Source of the DNA: Gammaproteobacteria bacterium Ga0077554 | GTDB taxonomy: Bacteria; Pseudomonadota; Gammaproteobacteria; Ga0077554; Ga007554 | Assembly: GCA_001464585.1 (NCBI GenBank) | Contig: LNFF01000040.1 | Location: 7,267 to 71,266, forward strand | DNA length: 64,000 nucleotides | Reading direction: 5' to 3' | Shown here: positions 27,874 through 37,861 of the stretch, one piece after another | How positions within the stretch are numbered: the stretch's first letter is position 1 | Layout of the letters: every line of letters begins with the position of its first letter | Program-made: the position numbers and the translations under genes | The notes under the pieces: model-generated | What the model was told of the DNA's origin: nothing | The model's database searches: none | Seen by the model: only the letters and a program-made list of their open reading frames with translations

Positions 27874-28488
27874 TCAGGGTTTACCTTTATAGCGCAGTAC
27901 CATCTCCACCAGCTTTGACAAGGTGCTGGCCTGCATTTTTTCCATGATTTTGGCGCGGTGCACTTCAACGGTTTTGATGCTGATGTTGAGGTTGGCGGCA
28001 ATCTGCTTGTTGAGTTGGCCTGCCACGACATGCTCCATCACCTCGTGTTCCCTGGGCGTGAGCAAAGCAATGCGGGCGGCGATGATTTCGTGTTCGGTGT
28101 TGCTGAGGCGCATTTCGGCATCGATATCGAGCGCTTGCTGGATGCGGTCGAGCAATACCTGATCGCTGAAGGGCTTTTCGATGAAATCAACGGCTCCGGT
28201 TTTCATCGCCCGCACCGCCATTGCAACATCCCCATGGCCGGTAATGACGATAATCGGGATAGGGGCATGGTTAATGGCGAGTTTTTCTTGCAACTCCAGG
28301 CCGCTCATGCCCGGCATGCGCACATCCACCACCAGACAACCCGGCCTGGCGGCGTCGTAATTGGCGAGAAATTCTGCTGCTGATGAGTAGGTCTCGACGT
28401 GCAATCCTATCGATTCGACCAGCCAGCGCAATGAGCTGCGCATGGCCGGATCATCGTCGACGATAAAGACGGTGGGTTTATGATGCAT
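27874..28488 (-). CDS. response regulator, FixJ/NarL (LuxR-HTH) family
   Basis: REC domain (DD...D54-like 'VVDVRMPGMSG'...K) plus a C-terminal LuxR-type HTH ('LTPREHEVMEHVVAGQLNKQIAANLNISIKTVEVHRAKIMEKM'). Confidence 0.85.
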   Translation of the reverse strand: MHHKPTVFIVDDDPAMRSSLRWLVESIGLHVETYSSAAEFLANYDAARPGCLVVDVRMPGMSGLELQEKLAINHAPIPIIVITGHGDVAMAVRAMKTGAVDFIEKPFSDQVLLDRIQQALDIDAEMRLSNTEHEIIAARIALLTPREHEVMEHVVAGQLNKQIAANLNISIKTVEVHRAKIMEKMQASTLSKLVEMVLRYKGKP

Positions 28489-30172
28489 GAGGTATGCCCT
28501 CCTGTGCTCCCTGTGCCAGGGGGAGTTTTATACGGAATGTCAGGCCACCGCCCTGATTGGGGCCCTGATTATGTGTGGCCCAAAGATGGCCACCGTGAGA
28601 TTCAATGATCGATCTGGAAATGGCCAGCCCCATGCCCATCCCTTCCGGCTTGGTGGTGAAGAAAGCGTCGAAGATGCGTTGCAGATCCTCTTCAGAAAGG
28701 CCAGGGCCGGTGTCACGCACAGCGATTTCGGCATAATGTTCGTCGATACGCGATTGGGAAATCTCGATCTCGCGGCGGGTGGAGTTGCTACCGGCAATGG
28801 CTTCGATGGCGTTGATAATGAGATTCCATAGCACCTGATTGATCTGGATTCTGTCGACAACGACTGGCAAGGTTGCGCTGGAGAGCGCCGACCTGAGCAT
28901 GATATTGTGTTGTCTTGCTTCAAAATCGGCTATCAGCGTTACATCGTGAATGATATGGTTGATATTGGTAAGGACCCGCTCCGATTCTACTCCACGCGAA
29001 AAATTGCGGATGCGGCGCACAATTTTTGCCGCTCTTTCCGCCTGCGCGCCGATCTGTTCCAGCACATCTTTCAATGCGGATTTGTCGATGTCCCCCGCTG
29101 CTACCAGGCGTCGTTCGCATCCCCGCGTGTAATTGATAATGACGGAGAGCGGATTATTGATTTCATGCGCAATACTGGTGGCGATCTCGCTGACTGTACT
29201 GAGGCGCAAAACGTGCGCGAGTTGCGCCTGATGCTGGCGCGCCTTGTCTTCGGCCTGGATGCGTTCGCTGATTTCGATGGAGAGTTCTGTGTTTTTGCGC
29301 TCCAGTGATGACTGCGTTATAAGTAAGGCATCGCGTTGCGACATCAGGTCGGCAGCCATCTTATTGAAGCATTTTGCCAGCTCTGAAAATTCGCCAGTCA
29401 TTGTTTCAGTGCCGTCATGGGCGATACGGTAGCTGAGGTCGCCCGCGCTGATCGCCAGGGTGCCCTGCATGAGTTTCTGGACGGGTTGGGTGATGGCGCG
29501 CATCATGATCCCGACGATGAATATGCTCAAGGCCAGGGTGAAGAGCGATGTTGCTATCACCAGTATCGTCAAGCGTTCCCCACTCGTAATGAGCATAGCG
29601 TCGATCTCCGCAACCTCGCGTCTTTCGCCTTCCACCAATGTATGGAGCAGGCCTCGCAATTGCTCTTTGAACTGGACCTCCGTGGTATTTTGCAAGAATT
29701 GCAGCGCCTGTTTCTGATCCCCCGCGTTATACAGTCGCAGCGCCTGACGAATATCATCAACACTCTCGCTATAGGCCACGCGGATTTCCTGCAATAACCG
29801 CAACTCGCTTTCTTCCTCGATCTTTTCTGCTCCTTCCAGATGAGCGATTTCTTCGCGGATGCCGCGCTCCAGGTGATCCAGAATTAATGAATTATTTTCC
29901 TCTATGCTTTGGAGATGGGTAGGGGTTCTTCCGTTATCACCCTCAGCAGCGGATAGAGAGTGCGGGACAGCCATGTAATCGTAAGCTTTCATGAAGTAGC
30001 GGTACAGCCCGCCGGAAAGGAGAAGGCTATGTTCCAGTACGTCCTGGGATAGCGCATTGCTTGTGATCAGACGCTCTTCCCGTTTGATGCCTATATACAA
30101 TACCACCAGCGTCACCACCGTTAGCGCGGCGATCATGGTTAACATGATGAACATTTTGAGCCTGATAGTCAT
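28478..30172 (-). CDS. sensor histidine kinase (FixL-like; 2 TM, periplasmic domain, HisKA + HATPase)
   Basis: H-box 'IAHEINNPLSVI', plus N, G1 and G2 boxes ('DTGPGL', 'GMGMGLAIS'). 11-nt overlap with the response regulator. Confidence 0.85.
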   Translation of the reverse strand: MTIRLKMFIMLTMIAALTVVTLVVLYIGIKREERLITSNALSQDVLEHSLLLSGGLYRYFMKAYDYMAVPHSLSAAEGDNGRTPTHLQSIEENNSLILDHLERGIREEIAHLEGAEKIEEESELRLLQEIRVAYSESVDDIRQALRLYNAGDQKQALQFLQNTTEVQFKEQLRGLLHTLVEGERREVAEIDAMLITSGERLTILVIATSLFTLALSIFIVGIMMRAITQPVQKLMQGTLAISAGDLSYRIAHDGTETMTGEFSELAKCFNKMAADLMSQRDALLITQSSLERKNTELSIEISERIQAEDKARQHQAQLAHVLRLSTVSEIATSIAHEINNPLSVIINYTRGCERRLVAAGDIDKSALKDVLEQIGAQAERAAKIVRRIRNFSRGVESERVLTNINHIIHDVTLIADFEARQHNIMLRSALSSATLPVVVDRIQINQVLWNLIINAIEAIAGSNSTRREIEISQSRIDEHYAEIAVRDTGPGLSEEDLQRIFDAFFTTKPEGMGMGLAISRSIIESHGGHLWATHNQGPNQGGGLTFRIKLPLAQGAQEGIPHAS

Positions 30173-30242
30173 TATTACGATCCCACAGGTTTATTCCAGA
30201 CCTGAGTAAAATTTGGCATTGTCATTAGTGTGCGCACAAAAC

Positions 30243-30412
30243 TTCAGGGATCTTCACAGCAAGCTGCGGGATATTTCCATGTCATTTCGACCCTCGCGAA
30301 AGCGGGGGGAGAAATCCTTGTCTCGAGTCTCGAACGAGGTGAGGGAACTTTGAGAGATCTTCCAGGATCCCTCACTTCGTTCGGGATGACAACTCCCAGT
30401 CATTTCGTCGCT
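30243..30412. repeat. composite MITE-like element (families A and B modules)
   Basis: 'agcaagctgcgggatatttccatgtcatttcgaccctcgcgaaagcgggggagaaatccttgtctcga...gagggaac..gagagatcttcc..gatccctcacttcgttcgggatgaca'. Confidence 0.75.
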
Positions 30413-30476
30413 CCTGTGCATCCATGCACATCGAACCATCGGGATGCCTGGTTTCCACGCCGTGAAAGAACGCTTA

Positions 30477-31463
30477 TCACTCATTCTCAGGTGCGCCGAA
30501 CAAATATTCAAACACATGCTTCCCCATGCCACGGCGCATACTGCGGCGGAAGGAATGGCCGCAGCGTGGAAGCGTATGCACAGCATAACGGGTGTCCAGG
30601 CCCCGATCATGTGCGGCGGCGTTCATGGCCTCTGTCCAGCGCTGGCCGCGCGTCAGCCGATCATGCCCTTGCTGTTCGATCACGCGCGCGGCCTTGTTGA
30701 GCGCTGTGCCTGGTTTGATGTCGCGCTCGCCCACCACTACGCTGCCCGGCACGCGCAGAAAGCGCTCGGGTTCGAAGCGCACATCCGGAAGGTCGCGCCG
30801 CAGTTTGATACCGCGTGGATAGCGCAGAGTGGCGTCGGGAAAGGTATACCATCCTGCTGCACCGACAATGAATTTCGCCACGCACTCGGGATAGGCCATG
30901 GCATAGCGATGCACGAATTGTCCGCCGCCGGAGAAGCCAAACAGGTACAGCTTGTCCCAATGTGCATCAAGGGTGGCCGCTCCTGCGCATCCATGCACGG
31001 CGCCGCCAGTGAGCATGCGCACTTCGGCAAGAATCTGGTGCAATGCCCGATCGGCGCGTTCTCCCCGGCCCGCTCTCCCCATCTGCTGGTATTTGGCAAA
31101 ACGATCTTCAGGAAACAAGGGCGCAATCAGCACTACGCCATAGCGTTCCGCGAAGGGCGCGAACAGGCGGGCGTGTTCCTCGGCATTGCGGGAAATACCG
31201 TGAACGGTGACGAACACCCGCGCCGTGCATGGACGCACAAGTGTCGCGGGAGGCAGGATGCCGTGAGCGACCACCCCGGCGGCGCATGGCGGTCGCTCTT
31301 GTGCGCCGTCCATGCACGACGGCAGATACAGGAAATAATGCTGGCGCGGGTCGTCGCGCAGGGTACGAAGCTGAATGTCGGGTTTGTGAGCTGACATTGC
31401 CGCAGTTTCGGTGAGGGCGGCGGTGGCATTGTCGTGGCGCATGGGCATTCCTGTGTTGACCAC
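30477..31463 (-). CDS. alpha/beta-hydrolase (esterase/dienelactone-hydrolase-like) with an in-frame palindromic-element insertion
   Basis: 'VFVTVHGISRN' and the nucleophile elbow 'GFSGGG'. Residues encoded by 31226..31315 ('CMDGAQERPPCAAGVVAHGILPPATLVRPCT') correspond to a 90-bp palindrome. Confidence 0.6.
   Translation of the reverse strand: MVNTGMPMRHDNATAALTETAAMSAHKPDIQLRTLRDDPRQHYFLYLPSCMDGAQERPPCAAGVVAHGILPPATLVRPCTARVFVTVHGISRNAEEHARLFAPFAERYGVVLIAPLFPEDRFAKYQQMGRAGRGERADRALHQILAEVRMLTGGAVHGCAGAATLDAHWDKLYLFGFSGGGQFVHRYAMAYPECVAKFIVGAAGWYTFPDATLRYPRGIKLRRDLPDVRFEPERFLRVPGSVVVGERDIKPGTALNKAARVIEQQGHDRLTRGQRWTEAMNAAAHDRGLDTRYAVHTLPRCGHSFRRSMRRGMGKHVFEYLFGAPENE
31226..31315. repeat. 90-bp palindromic element (family C: 'tgcatggacgcacaagtgtcgcgggaggcaggatgccg.gagcgacc...ggtcgctcttgtgcgccgtccatgca') embedded in a CDS
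   Basis: Perfect terminal inverted repeats. Related copies at 52486..52560 and 54290..54345. Confidence 0.7.
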
Positions 31464-31475
31464 TGGGAAAATAGA

Positions 31476-33194
31476 TCAACCGGCTTTTCTGGAACGCGTA
31501 TCTGCGCCCATCAGGAACAGCCGCGATGTTGGGCCCTCGCGATTCAGTAGTTCCCGCGCTGGACCACTTTCTATGAGCCGCCCATCTTGCAGATGCCAGA
31601 TGACATCCGCCCTGGCGGCATATTCCAGGCGGTGTGTCACCAGCAAAATGGTGCCGTGATATTCTTCGAGGATGCGCCGCAGCACCGCGCCCGCCTGCGG
31701 GTCGAGGTTGGCGTCCGCCTCGTCCAGCAATAACACAGTTGGTTCACCGAGCAACGCCCGCGCCAGGGCGATGCGTTGCCGCTGACCGAGTGAGAGGTTG
31801 ACACCGGCATCGTTGATGCGGGTTTTCATGCCGTTGGGCAGGGTCTTGATAATTTCATCAAGCGCGCAAAATGCGCTGACTTTGGTAACTTCTTCATCTG
31901 GCGCCTGCTGCCAGCGATAGCGCAAGTTATCCTCCACCGTACCGCGCGTCAACGGCAGGTCGGGGCTTGCCATGCTGATAGCGCGACGCACTGACGCCAG
32001 GCTGCAGGCCATCAGGTCTTGTCCATCCAGCAGGATGGCGCCGCTCTGCGGCTGGATCAGGCGTGTCACCGCCAGCAGCAGCGTGGACTTGCCGGCGCCG
32101 TTCGGTCCCACGATGGCGATCGTCTGGTGCGGCTCCGCAACCGCAGAAAAGGCATGCAGCCCCTCCAGGCTCAACTCCTTGAACTCGAGCCGACCGGGCC
32201 CGGGCTGCAAATCCTGCGCGCCGGGGATCTCCGGGGGTGGCGCAGGCGTGTTGATAAAGTCGAGTAGTTTTTCGCGCGCCACGATTGTCCCCTGCCAATA
32301 CTCATACACCCGCCCCAGGTCGCGCAACGGCGGCGTCAACAACCCCACGATACTCATCGCCGCCACCACGGTGCCGGGCGTGACCTGGCCGGTGATAACT
32401 TCCAGCGCTCCCAGAATCAGCACGGCGCTGGCGGTGAGGGCGGCAGTGGCCTCGGTAATGCCGCGCAACTGGCCCGTGACGCGGGCCTGATCCACCATAG
32501 CCTCTTTGAGGTGTCGGCTCTGGTTCGCAACGCGCTGGCGCTCCCGGTCTGAGCGGCCGAACACCTGCATGACAGCGAGCGCAGAAACTTTCTCATTGAT
32601 ATTCGCGGCAAGCTGCGCACGGCGGCGGCGCGCCTCACGCACCGCCGCCTGCATGCGCTTGCCTTGGGCGAGCACTACCACGCCACCCACTAACAGCATT
32701 GAGCCTGCCGCGAGCGCCAATATGCCGTTCACGAAAGATAAAGCGAAGGTCGCGCCCGCGATGCTCACTCCGCCCACGATGAGCCGCGCCACACCCAAAC
32801 TTACCCAGCGCCTGAATACTGTCAAGTCACCGATGAAGCGCAGCATCACCCCACCACGACTGCGTTTTTGCGTGGTGCGCACTGCCGAATTTCTCAGGCT
32901 GTCGAACAGCAGCATGCGCACCTGCTCCACATAATCCTGGCCCATGCGTTCAGCATCGGTGTATTCCGTCATACGTAGCCAGGCAACGAACAGGGCCGCC
33001 AGCGCAAGGCCAACGGCAACCCATGCCAGGGACTCCGTTGCCTGAGATCCATTAGCGGTGATGATATGATCAAAAACGAACTTGATCAGCAAAGCGATAA
33101 TCACTGCCGCTCCGGCCTGCGCCAGGCCATTGAGCACCAGACGGATCAACCATGTTGAGCGCCGTTTTTCCAATATGCGAGGCAGGTCCATCAC
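31476..33194 (-). CDS. fused permease-ATPase ABC exporter (CydD/CydC- or MsbA-like)
   Basis: 6 TM helices, Walker A 'GPNGAGKST', signature 'LSLGQRQR', Walker B 'LLLDEADANLD'. Confidence 0.75.
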   Translation of the reverse strand: MMDLPRILEKRRSTWLIRLVLNGLAQAGAAVIIALLIKFVFDHIITANGSQATESLAWVAVGLALAALFVAWLRMTEYTDAERMGQDYVEQVRMLLFDSLRNSAVRTTQKRSRGGVMLRFIGDLTVFRRWVSLGVARLIVGGVSIAGATFALSFVNGILALAAGSMLLVGGVVVLAQGKRMQAAVREARRRRAQLAANINEKVSALAVMQVFGRSDRERQRVANQSRHLKEAMVDQARVTGQLRGITEATAALTASAVLILGALEVITGQVTPGTVVAAMSIVGLLTPPLRDLGRVYEYWQGTIVAREKLLDFINTPAPPPEIPGAQDLQPGPGRLEFKELSLEGLHAFSAVAEPHQTIAIVGPNGAGKSTLLLAVTRLIQPQSGAILLDGQDLMACSLASVRRAISMASPDLPLTRGTVEDNLRYRWQQAPDEEVTKVSAFCALDEIIKTLPNGMKTRINDAGVNLSLGQRQRIALARALLGEPTVLLLDEADANLDPQAGAVLRRILEEYHGTILLVTHRLEYAARADVIWHLQDGRLIESGPARELLNREGPTSRLFLMGADTRSRKAG

Positions 33195-33366
33195 GGCTCC
33201 TTAGTGGACGCGCGCTGAATCAGGCGGGGGGATCCTTTCAGCATCTTAATATACAACAACGCAAATCATAGCATGCTGTGCGCACGTACTTATGTCGTCC
33301 TGTATAGTAATGATACTCTTGTTGAGGGGGGCAATCTTTTAGGGTAAACCCTGATAAGGAAACTAC

Positions 33367-34071
33367 TTACACTGCCAAATGTTGGTTAATTATTTTTTCA
33401 TCCAGGCTGGTCATCGCACCCGAAGCGACGATGCGCCCCTTCTCCATAATACGGAAATAGTCGCCCGCACGTTGCGCAAACGCCAATTTCTGTTCGATCA
33501 GCAAGACAGTAACATTCTGCTCACGATTCAGCCGAATAATCGCATCACCGATATCATGCACGATATTCGGTTGTATGCCTTCGGTAGGTTCATCCAGAAT
33601 CAACAATCGGGGGGCGGCACACAGCGCGCGGCCGATAGCCAATTGTTGCTGTTGGCCACCTGACAAATCGCCACCCCGACGTGCCAGCATTTTCTTTAAT
33701 ACCGGAAACATTTCAAAGACGCTGCCGGGTATATCACGCACACCGTCCTGACGTCCGGCGAGACCTACCCGCAGATTTTCCTCTACACTCAATTGCGAAA
33801 ATATTTCACGTCCTTGTGGAACATAAGCAATGCCTGACCATGCGCGCTGGTGCGGCGGCACCCCGGTAATATTTTTTTCCGCAAAAGTAATGGATCCTGA
33901 CGTCACGGGCAGCACACCCATCAGGCATTTCAGCAAGGTAGTTTTACCCACACCGTTACGTCCCAGCACCACCGTGCATGAACCTTCTGGCACCTCGAAA
34001 GTAACATCACGCAAGGTGTGGCTGCCACCATAATATTGATTAATTCCGTTGACAGAAAGCATAGACATCAA
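33367..34071 (-). CDS. urtE: urea ABC transporter ATP-binding subunit UrtE
   Basis: LivF-like ATPase. It is the last gene of a five-gene Urt operon adjacent to urease genes. Confidence 0.8.
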   Translation of the reverse strand: MMSMLSVNGINQYYGGSHTLRDVTFEVPEGSCTVVLGRNGVGKTTLLKCLMGVLPVTSGSITFAEKNITGVPPHQRAWSGIAYVPQGREIFSQLSVEENLRVGLAGRQDGVRDIPGSVFEMFPVLKKMLARRGGDLSGGQQQQLAIGRALCAAPRLLILDEPTEGIQPNIVHDIGDAIIRLNREQNVTVLLIEQKLAFAQRAGDYFRIMEKGRIVASGAMTSLDEKIINQHLAV

Positions 34072-34877
34072 CCCAGGTAAACTTCAATCACGCGTGGGTC
34101 GTTTTTAATCTGCTCCATATTGCCTTCCGCAAGCACGCTACCTTCATGCAATACCGTGACTTTACGCGCAATGGTGCTGATAAAATTCATGTCATGCTCT
34201 ACTACAATCAATGAATGTTTGCCTGCAAGCGCCTTGAATAATTCGGCGGTACGTTCTATTTCCTGGTCTGTCATGCCCGCCACAGGCTCATCCAGCAGCA
34301 ATAGTTTTGGCTCCTGAATAAGCAACATACCAATTTCAAGCCATTGCTTTTGCCCATGCGAAAGTAACCCGGCCAATGTTTTAGCATGATCCGACAAGTT
34401 AATGAGCGACAGGATCTCATCAATCCTGGCCTGCTGGCTCGCGCTTAAGCGTGCAAACAAACTACGCCATAAACCCTTGTCAGTCTTCAATGCCAGTTCC
34501 AGATTATCAAATACGCTATGGTTGTGAAATACCGTAGGCTTCTGGAATTTTCGGCCAATGCCCGCATGCGCGATCTGATATTCAGATAACTCTTGCAGAT
34601 CTATGGTCTGCCCAAAAAAAGCCGTGCCAGAATCAGCACGCGTTTTTCCAGTAATCACATCCATAAGCGTGGTCTTGCCCGCACCGTTCGGGCCAATAAT
34701 ACAGCGCAATTCACCCACATCAATGCTTAACGTCAATTTGTTAAGCGCCTTGAACCCATCAAAACTCACGGTCACATCTTCCAGATACAATATAACGCCA
34801 TGCGTTACATCCAGCGTCGTGGTATGAGCCGCCCACCCCTGTCCTACCTTATCCTCGCGCTGCTGAATGCCACTCAT
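34068..34877 (-). CDS. urtD: urea ABC transporter ATP-binding subunit UrtD
   Basis: LivG-like ATPase ('GPNGAGKTT', 'LSHGQKQ', 'LLDEP'). 4-nt overlaps on both sides. Confidence 0.8.
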   Translation of the reverse strand: MSGIQQREDKVGQGWAAHTTTLDVTHGVILYLEDVTVSFDGFKALNKLTLSIDVGELRCIIGPNGAGKTTLMDVITGKTRADSGTAFFGQTIDLQELSEYQIAHAGIGRKFQKPTVFHNHSVFDNLELALKTDKGLWRSLFARLSASQQARIDEILSLINLSDHAKTLAGLLSHGQKQWLEIGMLLIQEPKLLLLDEPVAGMTDQEIERTAELFKALAGKHSLIVVEHDMNFISTIARKVTVLHEGSVLAEGNMEQIKNDPRVIEVYLG

Positions 34878-35959
34878 GTCTTCTTAAACCGTCGCAATAA
34901 ACCAATCACCCCTTGCGGTAAAAATAAGGTGACGATAATAAATATGAAGCCCAGGAAAAATAACCAATACTCGGGAAAAGCCGCTGTAAACCAGCTTTTG
35001 GCGCCATTCACCAATCCTGCACCCAGCAATGGCCCGACCAGTGTGCCGCGCCCGCCTACAGCAGCCCAAATAGCGATTTCAATGGAATTGGCGGGGGACA
35101 TTTCACTGGGGTTAATAATGCCGACCTGGGGCACGTACAGCGCGCCGGCAATGCCGCACAACACCGCCGAGAACGTCCAGGCAAATAATTTATAATGCAG
35201 GGGGTTGTAGCCACAGAACATCAAGCGGCTTTCCGCATCACGGATGGCGGTTAATACCCGTCCCAACTTTGATACTACAATGAAGCGGCACATCAGCAGC
35301 GCCATCATCAAAAAAATCGCCGTGGCGATAAACAGGCCAGCACGGGTGGCCGGATCCGTTAATGAATAGCCGACAATGCGCTTGAAATCCGTAAAGCCGT
35401 TATTGCCGCCAAATCCTGTTTCGTTGCGGAAAAATAACAGCATGAAGGCAAAGGTCAATGCCTGGGTGATAATGGAAAAATACACGCCTTTAATGCGCGA
35501 ACGAAATGCGAAATAACCGAAAATAAAAGCCAGCAGCCCCGGCGCAAGCACTACCAACAATAAGGCATACCAAAACATATCCGTGCCCTGCCAATACCAC
35601 GGCAATTCCTTCCAGTCCAGAAATACCATGAAATCCGGCAAGGTACTGCCATATTGTCCTTCGGTACCGATCATGCGCATCAAATACATGCCACAGGCAT
35701 AACCCCCCAAAGCAAAAAATAATCCATGCCCGAGACTTAATATGCCCGCATAACCCCAGATCAAATCCATGGCCATGGCAACAATGGCATAGCACATGAT
35801 TTTCCCGATCAGGGACAGGGCATAATCAGGCACTCGCAACGCGCTGCTTTCTGGCAAAAAAAGATTTAACGCGGGGATCACAATCACAAACAACAGGCCG
35901 AACAGGCCTAATGCCGCCCATCCTTTGATACCATACAAATTTGAAAAATACTGCGCCAT
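34874..35959 (-). CDS. urtC: urea ABC transporter permease UrtC
   Basis: LivM-like permease, 361 aa. Confidence 0.8.
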   Translation of the reverse strand: MAQYFSNLYGIKGWAALGLFGLLFVIVIPALNLFLPESSALRVPDYALSLIGKIMCYAIVAMAMDLIWGYAGILSLGHGLFFALGGYACGMYLMRMIGTEGQYGSTLPDFMVFLDWKELPWYWQGTDMFWYALLLVVLAPGLLAFIFGYFAFRSRIKGVYFSIITQALTFAFMLLFFRNETGFGGNNGFTDFKRIVGYSLTDPATRAGLFIATAIFLMMALLMCRFIVVSKLGRVLTAIRDAESRLMFCGYNPLHYKLFAWTFSAVLCGIAGALYVPQVGIINPSEMSPANSIEIAIWAAVGGRGTLVGPLLGAGLVNGAKSWFTAAFPEYWLFFLGFIFIIVTLFLPQGVIGLLRRFKKT

Positions 35960-35970
35960 GCGTTCGCCCT

Positions 35971-37602
35971 TTAATTCTCTACCGTGCGCCCTTTTAAAGC
36001 AAACAGGCCTTGTGGACGCTTTTGAATAACAATGATAATAAATACTAAGATGAAAATCTTTGCCAGCACCGCGCCTGCATAAGGCTCAAGAAATTTATTT
36101 ACCACCCCCAGTCCCAATGCGGCAAACACCGTACCCGCAATTTGTCCTACACCGCCCAGCACCACCACCATGAATGAATCCACAATGTAGCTCTGGCCAA
36201 GATCAGGGCCAACATTGCCGATTTGCGACAGCGCACAGCCACCCAACCCAGCGACTCCCGAGCCCAGGCCAAAGGCCCACATATCCACTTTACGGGTGGG
36301 CACACCGGCACAATCCGCCATGGTGCGATTTTGCGTAACGGCACGCACAAACAAACCCAGGCGCGTGCGGTTTAATAACACCCAGATCAACACCAGAACA
36401 ATCATTGAAAACACAATGATGGCGATGCGGTTGTACGGCAATACCAAATTACTCACCAGCGCGAAACCACCGGACATCCACGCAGGATTGACCACTTCGA
36501 CATTCTGCGCACCAAATATTGTCCTTACCGTTTGAATAAGAATCAAACTAATACCCCAGGTGGCCAGCAACGTTTCAAGCGGACGCCCATATAAATAGCG
36601 AATCACGCTACGTTCCATCGCCATGCCCACCAATGCCGATACAATAAAGGCTGCGGGTAATGCAACCAGCAGATAAAGATCAAACGCTTCAGGCCAATAG
36701 CTCTTGAATAATACCTGCACCATATAGGTTGTATACGCACCTATCATGAGCAACTCGCCATGCGCCATATTAATAACGCCCATCAGTCCATAGGTGATCG
36801 CCAAACCGAGCGCCGCCAATAATAATATACTGCCGAGACTAATGCCGCTAAACACCCGACCGATGTATTCAGCCGTCAACAACCGGCTATCAATTTCTGC
36901 CAATGACCGTTTGATTTCGCTGCGCACGGCAACATCAACTTCCTGATAATTTCCCGAGGCATCTTTCTCTATCATCGCCAGTAAAGCCGCCTTGGTGGAT
37001 TCTTTTGAGCTCTGCGCCAATACACGCACCGCTTCAAGCCGTAATGTGGCATCAGCATTTTTCAGTTGCATTTTCGCCTTAGCCAGCGATAATGCAATTT
37101 TTACATCACTATCCTGCTCTTTCTTCAATACTGTTTCTATTAAGGGCAGAAAATCTTCGTTGGCCTGATCCTGCAATTGCTCAGCCGCTGCGAGGCGCAC
37201 TTGCGAATCAGAGGAAGATAATTTCAACGCCGCCAACGCAGAATCCAGAATGCGGCGGACACGATTGTTAATGGTTATTTTCTCAAGACCGGCGGGTACA
37301 GGATCAATAATCTGTTTGGTTAAGGCATTATGCGCCACCTCTTTATCTAAAATGATTACCTTTTCACCTCGGGGTGCCACATGCAGCGTGCCATCCAAAA
37401 GGGCTTGCAATATTGGCAACGCATCTACATCTCCGGTAGACACCAAGGCATCAATGGCAGCGATTCTTTCACTATTATCCCCTGTGCTTAAGGTTTTCAA
37501 TATTTCCGGGGTTACCGCATAAGCGACATGGCTCCATGCTCCCCCGGTGAACAGGAGAAAAAACAGAAAGGCGCGCAATAGTGGGAAATAAAAAAATTTC
37601 AT
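35971..37602 (-). CDS. urtB: urea ABC transporter permease UrtB with an N-terminal periplasmic extension
   Basis: C-terminal LivH-like permease domain. About 230-aa N-terminal signal peptide plus a helical-repeat extension. Confidence 0.75.
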   Translation of the reverse strand: MKFFYFPLLRAFLFFLLFTGGAWSHVAYAVTPEILKTLSTGDNSERIAAIDALVSTGDVDALPILQALLDGTLHVAPRGEKVIILDKEVAHNALTKQIIDPVPAGLEKITINNRVRRILDSALAALKLSSSDSQVRLAAAEQLQDQANEDFLPLIETVLKKEQDSDVKIALSLAKAKMQLKNADATLRLEAVRVLAQSSKESTKAALLAMIEKDASGNYQEVDVAVRSEIKRSLAEIDSRLLTAEYIGRVFSGISLGSILLLAALGLAITYGLMGVINMAHGELLMIGAYTTYMVQVLFKSYWPEAFDLYLLVALPAAFIVSALVGMAMERSVIRYLYGRPLETLLATWGISLILIQTVRTIFGAQNVEVVNPAWMSGGFALVSNLVLPYNRIAIIVFSMIVLVLIWVLLNRTRLGLFVRAVTQNRTMADCAGVPTRKVDMWAFGLGSGVAGLGGCALSQIGNVGPDLGQSYIVDSFMVVVLGGVGQIAGTVFAALGLGVVNKFLEPYAGAVLAKIFILVFIIIVIQKRPQGLFALKGRTVEN

Positions 37603-37689
37603 GATGAGAGAGGCCTGTCAAAAACGATATACAAAGCGTAGCCAGGATGAAGTATTCCCGGCTACGCTTTAGCCTTTTCATTCAATAAA

Positions 37690-37802
37690 TACCCCGCAGC
37701 AAGCTGCGGGGTATTTCCATGTCATTCCGAGCATCGCGAGGAATCTTAAAAGATCCCTCACTGCGTTCGGGATGACAGTTATTCTTTACGGTCGGGATGA
37801 CA
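37690..37802. repeat. MITE-like element, family B, between urtA and urtB
   Basis: 'ccccgcagcaagctgcggggtatttccatgtcattccgagcatcgcgaggaatcttaaaagatccctcactgcgttcgggatgaca...gtcgggatgaca'. Confidence 0.8.
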
Positions 37803-37861
37803 ATACACGCAGCAAGAAACCCGAAGGGATTGAAAGAAACCCTGGGAAACTCAGCGCATTC

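Noticed and set aside
30230-31394. Plus-strand ORFs 30230..30700 and 30444..31394 (316 aa)
   Set aside because: They overlap the alpha/beta-hydrolase gene on the opposite strand and run through MITE and palindromic repeat sequence. No recognisable motifs.
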